Positions 32,701-38,971 of a stretch of 64,000 bases of DNA are shown in pieces. The first letter of the stretch is position 1, and the number at the start of each line of letters is the position of its first letter. The translations under genes and the position numbers were made by a program. The notes beneath the pieces were generated by a model that was not told the DNA's origin, ran no database searches, and saw nothing but the letters and a program-made list of their open reading frames with translations. The stretch spans positions 620,001-684,000 of the forward strand of contig CP060756.1 of assembly GCA_023205875.1 (NCBI GenBank), read 5' to 3'. The stretch is from Chloropicon primus (lineage: Eukaryota).

Positions 32701-34934
32701 TTGCTCCCCCCGGTGCCCTCCATCTGGGAGCACGTGATCGTGGTGTGCGCGACCGTTACGGTTGCGCTCGTGCAGGCCTTCCCCGCGACCACGATGCTCC
32801 CCCCCGCGCTAGATTGCAGGGCCGCGCTCCCCGCCGGCCCGAAGTTGGTGCCCGTGATGGTCACCGTTCCCCCCGCCGTGGCCACCGACGTGATGGACGT
32901 GACGGTCGGATTCTGGTACGTGAAGCTGGCAAAGGGGGTCGACTTCTTGTCCCCCACGGTGACGACCACTGCGATGTCCTTCCCGGTCCCGGCCGGGGCC
33001 GTGCAGGTGATCTTGGTGTAAGCCTCCGCCACGCTGACGCTCGTGCAGGTGCTCAGGCCGAGCTGCACCTTGGTCACCAAGTTCGGGGAAGCCGGGCCAA
33101 AGTTCGTGCCCACGATGGTGATGGTGCCCCCGCTCGTCTCCGGGGCCGTGGTCGACGTGATGGTCGGCGTCGGCAAGTTGTCCAACGCGTAGTAGTACCG
33201 AGTCAAGCTGTCGCTGTCGCTCGTGCCGTCGCTCACGGTCACCTTTACGATCCTCTCAAAGCTGGTGCCGGAGGCCAAGGTCAGCCTCACCCCCCTCAGC
33301 AGGGCCTGGTAGTCCGCCACCGAGGCGGAGCCCGTGAAGGTGGCCTTGCACTGCGTGCCTGTGTCCATGAGAATTCCGGAGACTGCCGTCGCCGTGGAGA
33401 AGGTGTCCGTGGACAGGCACCCGCCCGTGATCTCCACCACGGCCTTGGCCAAGTTCGAGTGGTCCGGGTCCCCGAGGACCGCGGAGTCTTGCAGGGTCAC
33501 CGTGAGCCCGTTGAAGGACAAGGCCGTCGTGGAACCCGTCAAGGTCGGCTTGTCGTTCACGCTCGCCACCGTGAAGGTCCTGGTGATCCTGTTGCTCGCC
33601 GTATTCGCCTCGTTCCCGTTCGCGGGCTGATCGTACACCACAAACTCCACGGTCCTCTCCCCGGCGGTGGGCTTCTCGTCGTTGTTCACGAACTTGACCT
33701 GCCTCAGGGCGGCTTGGTACGTGGCGAGCGTCGCGGTCCCGCTGAGCGTGAGCCTCCCCAGCGACGAGTCGTACGTCCCCGTGATGCCGTTGCCCCCGTC
33801 GTAACTCAGGACGTCCGCGGAGCTCTGGTGCCCCGGGGGGTCCAGGAAGGTGACCTGGGCCGAGGTGAGGGAGGTGCTGTCCTGGTCCGTGACGGTCACC
33901 GCGCCGTCCACGACGACCGCGGCGTCCCCCTCGGTCCAGGTGAACGTGGTCGAGGACCCCGCGAGCACGGGGGCCTGGGCGGTCGCCGTGAATGCGATCG
34001 TCAGGATCGACCCGGTGCTGTAGGTCGTGCCGTCCTTGACCTTGAAGGTGACCTGCCTCTCCGCGTTGCTCGCGTCGTACGCGTCGTTCTTGAAGGTGCA
34101 CTTCCTCAGCAGGGCCTGGTACGTGGCCAGCGGAGCGGAGCCCGTGACCACGAGGGTCCCCGTGCTCGCCGTGAAGGTGGACGTCAGCCCGGCCTTGGTG
34201 ACCCCGTCGGGGCCCAAGATCTGGGTCACGTCCTGGCCCGGGTCCAGGACGTCCTTGCCGCTGTCGTACCCGCTCGTGATCTTGAGCTCGGCCTCCTCGA
34301 TGTTGGTGCTGTCCGGGTCGCCGACGACCAGGCCGGCGTCCAGGACGAGGAGGCCCTGCCTCTCCGTGTACGCCGACGTGCTCGAGGACAGCGTGACGGT
34401 AGGCACGTTGTCCACCAGGGACACCGTCAGCGTCTTGGTGGCCGTGGACTTGAGGACCCCGTCGCTGTCGTACACCTTGAACGTCAGCGTCCTCGTGCTC
34501 GTCTTCGGGGTCTTGCTCGGGCTGTAGAAGCTCACTGTCCTGAGCACGCTCTGGTACGTTGCCGCCGTGCCCAGGCCGGTCACGGTCAGCAGCCTCTGGG
34601 CCGAGTTGTACCCCGCGCCCTGCGACAGGCCGTTGAAGGGGGACACGCTGAGCGCGTCGCTCGAGTCCGCCAGGGCCTCGTCGCTGTACGACAGGAGGAT
34701 CTCCGACTTTGAGATCAGGCTGTCCGAGGACAAGGCGAGCAGGGCGTCCACCTTGGTCACCCCGGCCGCGTTGCCCTCGGTGTACGAGGTGGTCCCGGCA
34801 GAGGTGGTGACAGTGGTCGCTGCCGCCGCGATGCCGAATAGGGCACTGAGGCACGCTGCCAGGAGGAGGAGCAATATTGTCGGCGACGACGACGTCAACA
34901 TCCTGCTGCTGCTGCTGCTGCTGCTTCGAGTCAT
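23739..34934 (-). CDS. Giant single-pass surface protein (3731 aa): signal peptide, ~4-5 cadherin-like/bacterial Ig-like repeats, >20 IPT/TIG repeats, two GCT[DN] Cys motifs, TM helix, short tail
   Basis: Uninterrupted 11.2-kb ORF; hydrophobic N-terminus LLLLLAACLSALFGIAAAA; many P-x-I-T-S...GG-x-V-T-I-T-G-T-N-F-G...C...F-S-Y units; TM IIGIAACTGFILIWALFY. Confidence 0.85.
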   Translation of the reverse strand: MTRSSSSSSSRMLTSSSPTILLLLLAACLSALFGIAAAATTVTTSAGTTSYTEGNAAGVTKVDALLALSSDSLISKSEILLSYSDEALADSSDALSVSPFNGLSQGAGYNSAQRLLTVTGLGTAATYQSVLRTVSFYSPSKTPKTSTRTLTFKVYDSDGVLKSTATKTLTVSLVDNVPTVTLSSSTSAYTERQGLLVLDAGLVVGDPDSTNIEEAELKITSGYDSGKDVLDPGQDVTQILGPDGVTKAGLTSTFTASTGTLVVTGSAPLATYQALLRKCTFKNDAYDASNAERQVTFKVKDGTTYSTGSILTIAFTATAQAPVLAGSSTTFTWTEGDAAVVVDGAVTVTDQDSTSLTSAQVTFLDPPGHQSSADVLSYDGGNGITGTYDSSLGRLTLSGTATLATYQAALRQVKFVNNDEKPTAGERTVEFVVYDQPANGNEANTASNRITRTFTVASVNDKPTLTGSTTALSFNGLTVTLQDSAVLGDPDHSNLAKAVVEITGGCLSTDTFSTATAVSGILMDTGTQCKATFTGSASVADYQALLRGVRLTLASGTSFERIVKVTVSDGTSDSDSLTRYYYALDNLPTPTITSTTAPETSGGTITIVGTNFGPASPNLVTKVQLGLSTCTSVSVAEAYTKITCTAPAGTGKDIAVVVTVGDKKSTPFASFTYQNPTVTSITSVATAGGTVTITGTNFGPAGSAALQSSAGGSIVVAGKACTSATVTVAHTTITCSQMEGTGGSKDVTVTVSTLSSGATGNGKFSYSVPSISTKALGSFLGYTTTFTGTNFGPKDTSLTVTITPSGGGTSFACTSATVSTAHTEFTCTMPAASVATAANTDDLTKLYDVQVVCDSLTGTGSSKFQYEGPVITSIGTVSFHGAEVTITGRNFGPLNQAVTRVNIGSSGFFVHATVGTNTNDTPSGKCTPKTSTEHTTICAYFKDYKTTGNTMTPTVSLVVGGQTSNTFTAFSYEGPVITGTSTGSQFGGGPTSSTAITITGRNFGPARTFGNADATYGTETLTIGGTQVNTGTKEVVSDTQITATTSPATSTAPLSTQGADISMTLFNQASSGGTGKFSYIGPVITSVSSAPTSGGVITITGDNFGPVKATADYFNTGTYSTAGVTLCADATCSSTIACTNPQVTTANTKITCTMGTGVPINTKITVKMFDGTLDSGATGNEKLVVANPTVASMTPANGIVTTGGEITVTGTSFGPAGNTYVTVKAGTYDCSSVTVVSHTSLKCTVPAGFGGNLDLQVKLTNGASITSSANTVFKYAKPTVTSVTSVDTVGGTVTITGTNFGPTGSSVESVTLNSAAVSNPSITEAHTKIVGSYTTGGTGTGYPAIVTMGGQASDTNTLFSYNGPTVTSITTKPSIFGGSLVLAGTNLGPTGLSATKISVTVTGDGTTTCSSPTVSSHTSLTCTITCSTVCNDATRDVSVTIDGQTSGTTGNGLLKYEGPVITAVPAINYHGVKGNTPVVITGKNFGDGTHINSIKMCALTSSSTCTGSASYTYGKEFETATTVSVVTSGTQIQGYFKEHIGDDYSVVVTVNNIQSTGGDGILDFSGPTITVDSGNLIATTVPTAGGTLTVSGTNFGPVGTANIMKIVWDSSSTAVTPAGSSATVATANTAITFTAPPGAGTKTFSFTVSVNGTTAGALATNAAQMRYEPPTITSVTQSSTAGATVTITGTNFGPLGATEITSLKLTTDATTGTQVDFTEATVSVANTQITAKAPAGSGQGLAVTLVIGGQTATGGDTAFSYVAPAVTSVAAISTGPTWTTTGYGAYSTTAGAWVTITGTNFGPSQALTSLTIGGVECANPYITVADTQAMCLFGPGAGRNYDVAFSVNAIAATGGTAKFGYSIPLISSSTTTSYFGGDTVTITGTNFGPAAGDATKKVPTAADPSLSVTIAGNACTSPVISAGHTQITCTAPAYLDKTVISGVQVAVAVEGQTGTGEYAYSGPSITSVSDVSMFGGPVTVTGTNFGPTGSDANIESVFVGGVQQSLSTINPSVTKANTEIVFTAAAGTGSSLNVQLYIRGQNTGTTGNGLLSYYGPQVTSVSTIPTSGGTVTITGKHFGPVGTSQINFVTIDGEFCTNAQVTVATSAITCDFQQGIGQGYNVVVKLNGETSQTTGNGKFSYNLPTISSITPSTGGLGTKVTIEGADFGYGAAGTTGLSKTTVYFKVSGSGAKNYLTDVQVLSSTKITGTVPLGTGANQVLYVEVDTVVNTDGARFTYGTPTVTGVTAVGPMGGTITVTGTNFGPTGAGQITSVKFGSATCASATVTAVATTITCEMPKAQTTANGGDFAASDLDGDGLMDVVATIDGIASTGGASMFKFNQPAITQLSPTLVAKNEEITITGTNFGDHKSSLLLKASASHGSFTNVGQETNVTTISDTEIVMKVPTGFGKANQLSVLINGREADYSSLATRNVDFKIPTVSSTVPPATTEGGQITVVGGGFGPVGQKLQIDEVQIVSSVGAMTCTNMIVTVEDTEMTCDVLPGTGAAYNVYVTIAGQKSGATGEGKFSYPPPEVTSVAPAAGRAGDQIVVTGKNFGTEDSAITIKVKGVGDESCGGVPCLSSTIVKGSPHVQALCVVPVSVGKNVPIVIDVNGQESNGTTTNSFSYDNPIIGSVTTSKSEGTPITITGQNFGPAGACYQNYFESITVGSGLCSDSMVKKSGTEIVCLAPPGLGINHDVVVTMRGASSGDSGKAKLSYLAPIVSSASYVPTAGGVLTIAGENFGPVPDETNGVATPEVTITSSESTALPCTNITVSVGHKEITCNIAKGTGGNYSIVVGVGTQNSAETGKNKMSYHPPQPMTIAPKQQTTADLNAGKTMITVTGKNFGDDFTKLKLKVGEVFSEQSSIRMFFMGDDMVEVVGKVPPGAGENVPVRVVVDGVESVLDQNITFSYLAPYVTGVTPVGTAGGEVEISGGNFGPEGTVPYKVTLGGAACASPVTTENSTIKCTAPSGVGKDLDVFIKITEASSIDSNTSGAKKFRYVCPGIEAITGSVPDLTSSAVVHTITVTGTNFGDQNGAIKAKIRKPEYIIQANPGSGEYFVQDAVVLDQSYGLPNTFTKDYRLVFDVPPGFGNELPVVIEVAGQDSASSCEIPKPLPIGDNLDYTKLFSFPRPEITSVAPVATAGGVLELTGKYLGPVGSEGMNGITVLGHDGKNITCSNPTVHVADVGAKCDLDHGVGSNLPTTITVGGYASVTKSVTSYKTPTVQSISPSVAKGGETITVTGTNFGKSGALIGLSLMTDMDTKNSDQVHFATTVSMVTDDTQFTFVAPVSTGLKRGVQVVVPYGDGVESQYHTTSVVGLDEPSFSYLPPTITSMSKVSTSGGVVTITGTGFGSSASLSSMTINAAPCTNLKVVATDTSMTCSVAAGTGAKVAWELNVDGQGISGSDFSYRPSSIGSISPTTGAKGAVITIAGQDFGSDAKDVTVGLGSFVCTDIAMLIPHTKLTCRVPEGEGIDVPVLIDVNGAVSAPGKFSFTLFGCTDASAENFNPLATVLDASCVFPGCTNAKSVNFDAKANKDDGSCILDPVKVTMKVKLPFQDYLKAPEFHQNVFKDDLVKELGIAKERIMILGATPGSTVFDFYILDDPAKPAAGVASDLQEKIVSNEFSISYPVVAVTMKSENPDDLTPPIQITTKEGEPRVSEESIIGIAACTGFILIWALFYRQCMRSCSRCCGRGAEKTHKVAPEPATGYPEIFPSAQGKINYGVLQNV

Positions 34935-35643
34935 GCTGCTGCTGCTGCTGCTGCTCCTGCAAAAAGTTTTGATTCTATGGTACCTATTGTTGTTGTTGTT
35001 GTTCTGCGTGGTAACGAACGAACGAACCCGAACACAACGGGGTTGGTTGGTTGTTTACCCGACCACCTCTCTCTCTCTCTCTTTCTCTATCTGTCTATCT
35101 ATCTACGATCTTTCCTCAAAGTCGCTACCTTTTGGGGTGTCGTACGCAGTAGTAGTAGTACAAGGGCTCTCTTCTTCTGCTGCTATCTGCTAGTTGTCTC
35201 ATGGCAAAGGCAAGGCAGGTACAACAATGCAATGAGGAAGGAGCGGCAACGACTCGATGACGACGTCGACGACGACAGCAAGTGAGTCGTCCTCCGAGTC
35301 GTCCTCCGGCGAGTCTCAGTTGCGTTTGAAAGCTCTCTCACACTCTCCCTCTCTTGGCCCTGGGTCTGGGGAGAGGAAGAAGAAAGTCAATCAATCAAAG
35401 GAAGGAGGAGAAAAAATGGAAAAATTTGAAAAAATAAAAAAACTGGAGAGAGAGGAGGGAGAGGAGGGAGGAGGGGAGACTCTCTCTGTGTGTGTGCGTG
35501 TGTGTGTGTGCGTGCGTCTCTCTGTCTCTCTCGGTCGTGATCAAGGGAATTGATATCTATTTTTGAGGATGGAGGTGAAACAACCTAAAAAAAGTGTTTT
35601 GGAGGAAGGGGGGACGCGGGGGTAGAGGGAAGGGAGGGGGAGC

Positions 35644-35653
35644 AAAAAAAAAA
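35644..35653 (-). terminator. Pol III oligo-T terminator (T10) of the permuted tRNA
   Basis: A10 on plus = T10 on minus, 10 nt after the end of the tRNA 5' half. Confidence 0.7.
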
Positions 35654-35663
35654 CCGCGATGTA

Positions 35664-35756
35664 TTCAAGTCAATCCCCTTAACCACTCGGGCAAACGAGC
35701 ACTCGTCCAATCGCTCGCTGGGGGATTCGAACCCACGTGCGAAGATCGCAATTGAT
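35664..35756 (-). tRNA. trnS-UGA: Circularly permuted tRNA-Ser(UGA): 3' half (nt 38-73) at 35712-35756 lies upstream of the 5' half (nt 1-37) at 35664-35700; 11-nt spacer
   Basis: Minus strand reads ATCAAT-TGCGATCTTCGCA-C-GTGGGTTCGAATCCCCC-AGCGAGC-G [ATTGGACGAGT] GCTCGTT-TG-CCCGAGTGGTTAAGGG-G-ATTGA-CTTGAA. Acceptor stem GCTCGTT/AGCGAGC, anticodon stem ATTGA/TCAAT, long variable arm, G73; one T-stem mismatch (U50-C64). Confidence 0.9.
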
Positions 35757-35941
35757 ATCTACAAGACGCGATTTCTACTGAAATTTTTCAACAAAAAATT
35801 CAGCAGTTATTTGAACAACGTCTTCACTATATATACAGGTAAGAGAGCTTGCTGCGCGTTTGCTTTGCTGCTGGCGAGAGGAGGGGAGCCCTGGAGAGAG
35901 AGGGAGGAGGGGCTCTGACGAGACGGGACTCCACCACCGAA

Positions 35942-35976
<35 letters not shown>

Positions 35977-36009
35977 ACATTCCTCACGACTTGAGCAGCA
36001 GCAAGGAAA

Positions 36010-38436
36010 ATGACGAACGGCGACACCTCGCAAATGGTTGCCCTCTTCGAGAGCATTTCCCTTGACGCCAAGCTCGCCAAGCAGTCCGCGACGAACGCCA
36101 AGTTCAGCCAGAACCTGGCTCAGGTGATCGAGCTGGCGGGGTGCACGTCGACCGGCTTGGATGACAGGAAGCGGGGGAACCTGCTGTACACGGTGGCGGG
36201 GAAGTTCCCCCCGAACGCCCTGGCGCACCGCGCCAAGGTCGTGGCGGACGTGATGGGCGGCGACCTCAAGACGAACGCCCAGCTGGACGGCTGCTTCGAG
36301 TACCTCAAGAGGTTGGGCGGGGAGGCCCTGAGCGAGGCCGAGTACAGGGAGGCCGGTGGGATCGGCGTTGTGGTGTCCGAGGCCGACATCGAGAAGGCTT
36401 TCGACGCGTTCCTCGGGACGGGCGGCCTGGGGGAGAGGCTGAGGCAGGAGAGGTACAGGCTCGTGCCCAAGCTGCTCAAGGACTTCAGGGACTTTGGGGT
36501 CAACAAGTGGGCGGACGGCAGGGTGCTCAAGTCGACGTACGACAGGAAGGTCCTCGACGTCCTGGGACCGAAGACGGAGGCGGACTCGGCCAAGCCGAAG
36601 AAGAAGAAGGCGAAGAAGAAGGAGGACGACGCCGGCGCCGGCGGAAACGGCAGCAAGTCCAAGGAGGAGCTGAGGAGGGAGGAGGAGGAGAACCAGAGGA
36701 ACGCCGATCCCCACGCCATCTTCGCCAAGCCGGAGGAGAACAACGCGGTCCACACGACCGTGAACTTCTCCGACGGGAGGGAGCCCCTGAGGATCTCGAA
36801 CACCAAGGCGGAGCTGGACAGGTACCTGAAGGAGACCGGGGGGAGGTACATGACGAGGTTCCCCCCGGAGCCCAACGGGTACCTCCACTTGGGCCACGCC
36901 AAGGCCATGTTCATCGACTTTGGGCTCGCGGCCAAGCACGAGGGCGGGGTCTGCTACCTGCGGTACGACGACACCAACCCCACGGCGGAGAAGACGGAGT
37001 ACATCAAGCACATCGAGGAGATCGTGGCGTGGATGGGTTGGAAGCCTTGGAAGGTGACGTACTCGAGCGACCACTTTGACACCCTGCACGCGCTCGCCGT
37101 GAAGATGATCAAGAGCGGGCACGCCTACGTGTGCCACCAGACCGGTGACGAGATCTCCGAGTACCGGGAGCTGAAGAAGAACTCCCCTTGGAGGGACAGG
37201 CCCGTCGAGGAGTCCCTGGAGCTGTTCGAGAGGATGAGGCTGGGGCTCGTGGACGAGGGCACCGCCACCCTCCGCATGAAGATGGACATGCAGAACGAGA
37301 ACTTCAACATGTACGACCTCATCGCGTACAGGATCAAGTTTGCCACCCACCCCCACGCCGGGGACAAGTGGTGCATCTACCCCTCCTACGACTTCACCCA
37401 CTGCGTCGTGGACAGCTTGGAGAACATCTCCCACTCCCTGTGCACCCTGGAGTTCGAGCCCAGGAGGGCGAGCTACTACTGGCTCCTGCAGGTCCTCGGG
37501 CTGTACAAGCCCGTGGTCTGGGAGTACTCGAGGCTCAACATGGAGCACAACGTGATGAGCAAGAGGAAGCTGAACAGGCTCGTCACGGACGGCCACGTCC
37601 GGGGCTGGGACGACCCGAGGCTGCTGACCTTAGCGGGCCTGAGGCGCCGGGGGTACACCAGCAAGGCCATCAACAGCTTCTGCAGGGACAGCGGAATCAC
37701 GAAGAACGACCAGCTCTTCCCCTACCACAAGCTCGAGCACCACGCCAGGAACCACCTGGACGAGATCGGGGAGAGGAGGCTCGGGGTCCTCAGGCCCCTC
37801 AAGGTCGTCATCGAGAACGTCGCGGAGGACGCCGTGGAGCTCGTCCAGAGCAAGGTCTTCCCGGGGAGGTCGGAGGCCACCTACGAGCAGGCCATCGGGA
37901 GGTACGTGTACGTCGAGGAGACTGACTTCAGGGAGAAGGACCAGAAGAACTACTACGGCATGGCCCCGGGGAAGACGGTGATGCTCAGGTACGCCTTCGC
38001 CGTCAAGTGCGTGGGCTTCGACAAGGACGAGTCCGGCAGGGTCACCCTGGTGAGGTGCGAGCGCGTGGAGGTCGCCAAGGCTCCGAAGGGCGTCATCCAC
38101 TGGGTCGGGTCCGAGCGCCTCCCCGCGGAGCACAGGCCCGTCAAGGCGGAGATCAGGCTCTACGATTACTTGTTCAACTCCGCCGACGTGGGCGAGGTGG
38201 ACGATTGGCTGTCCGACATGAACGAGAACTCCCTCGAGGTGGTCACCGGCGCCCTGCTGGGCCCAAAGTTCAGGGAGGCGAAGATAGGGGACGTGTTCCA
38301 GATGGAGAGGGTGGGCTACTTTTGCGTGGACCCGGACACCACCGAGAACACGATGGTCCTCAACAGGACCGTCACCCTCAAGGAGTCCGTCTTCACCAAG
38401 GGCGTCAAATCTGGGGGGGGCGCCAGCAGGAAGTAA
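36010..38436 (+). CDS. QARS: Glutaminyl-tRNA synthetase (eukaryotic type with N-terminal appended domain)
   Basis: TRFPPEPNGYLHLGHAKAM, LRYDDTNP, WCIYPSYDFTHC, HSLCTLEF, VMSKRKL, GWDDPRL, FQMERVGYF, LNRTVTLKE. Confidence 0.96.
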   Translation: MTNGDTSQMVALFESISLDAKLAKQSATNAKFSQNLAQVIELAGCTSTGLDDRKRGNLLYTVAGKFPPNALAHRAKVVADVMGGDLKTNAQLDGCFEYLKRLGGEALSEAEYREAGGIGVVVSEADIEKAFDAFLGTGGLGERLRQERYRLVPKLLKDFRDFGVNKWADGRVLKSTYDRKVLDVLGPKTEADSAKPKKKKAKKKEDDAGAGGNGSKSKEELRREEEENQRNADPHAIFAKPEENNAVHTTVNFSDGREPLRISNTKAELDRYLKETGGRYMTRFPPEPNGYLHLGHAKAMFIDFGLAAKHEGGVCYLRYDDTNPTAEKTEYIKHIEEIVAWMGWKPWKVTYSSDHFDTLHALAVKMIKSGHAYVCHQTGDEISEYRELKKNSPWRDRPVEESLELFERMRLGLVDEGTATLRMKMDMQNENFNMYDLIAYRIKFATHPHAGDKWCIYPSYDFTHCVVDSLENISHSLCTLEFEPRRASYYWLLQVLGLYKPVVWEYSRLNMEHNVMSKRKLNRLVTDGHVRGWDDPRLLTLAGLRRRGYTSKAINSFCRDSGITKNDQLFPYHKLEHHARNHLDEIGERRLGVLRPLKVVIENVAEDAVELVQSKVFPGRSEATYEQAIGRYVYVEETDFREKDQKNYYGMAPGKTVMLRYAFAVKCVGFDKDESGRVTLVRCERVEVAKAPKGVIHWVGSERLPAEHRPVKAEIRLYDYLFNSADVGEVDDWLSDMNENSLEVVTGALLGPKFREAKIGDVFQMERVGYFCVDPDTTENTMVLNRTVTLKESVFTKGVKSGGGASRK

Positions 38437-38971
38437 AGTGGCAAAGATCCCGCCATTGCCATCCGCCGCGCGGGCCTGCTCCTGAGCAAGGGGAAGCTAA
38501 CCGAAATCTATACTATTCTTTGATAACCCTATCAAGTTAGCGGAATGAATGAATGAATGAAAGGCGGAGTGGTCTTCTACTACTCCACTGCTCCGAGTCA
38601 AGCCCACCTGCAGACGAGTCTCAGGAAGGGTGCCTTCCATTGAAACGAAGCGACAGACGGTAGAAGACAAACATTATTTCATGAAATAATGATTGCCCTG
38701 CAAATGTAGATAACAAGTGTGACTCTGTGCGTTTGCCTTTTCTCATCATCTCGACGAAGAAGAAGTCACGAGAGACCACCTGAGCACGTTACGTTAAGCA
38801 AGCAAGCAGAGACCCGCTCATGTCTTGATCCATGGAAAACTTGAGAGATCAAGCAAGCCCTTCCTCGATCCCGATCCCGGGTTCTCCCTGGCCCTCCCCC
38901 TCCCGAGGGGCCATCATGTGGCAGTTTCCGTTTCGGCTTGAGAAGAGAAGTGAGTTAGCGGAGGAGAGAGG

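Noticed and set aside
30318..34712. 1464-aa ORF antisense to the giant protein, and similar long antisense ORFs (2360-4879, 35827-37596, 38849-42670, 55912-57921, 58480-60258)
   Set aside because: Shadow ORFs caused by high GC3 codon bias on the real coding strand; they contain no recognisable motifs.
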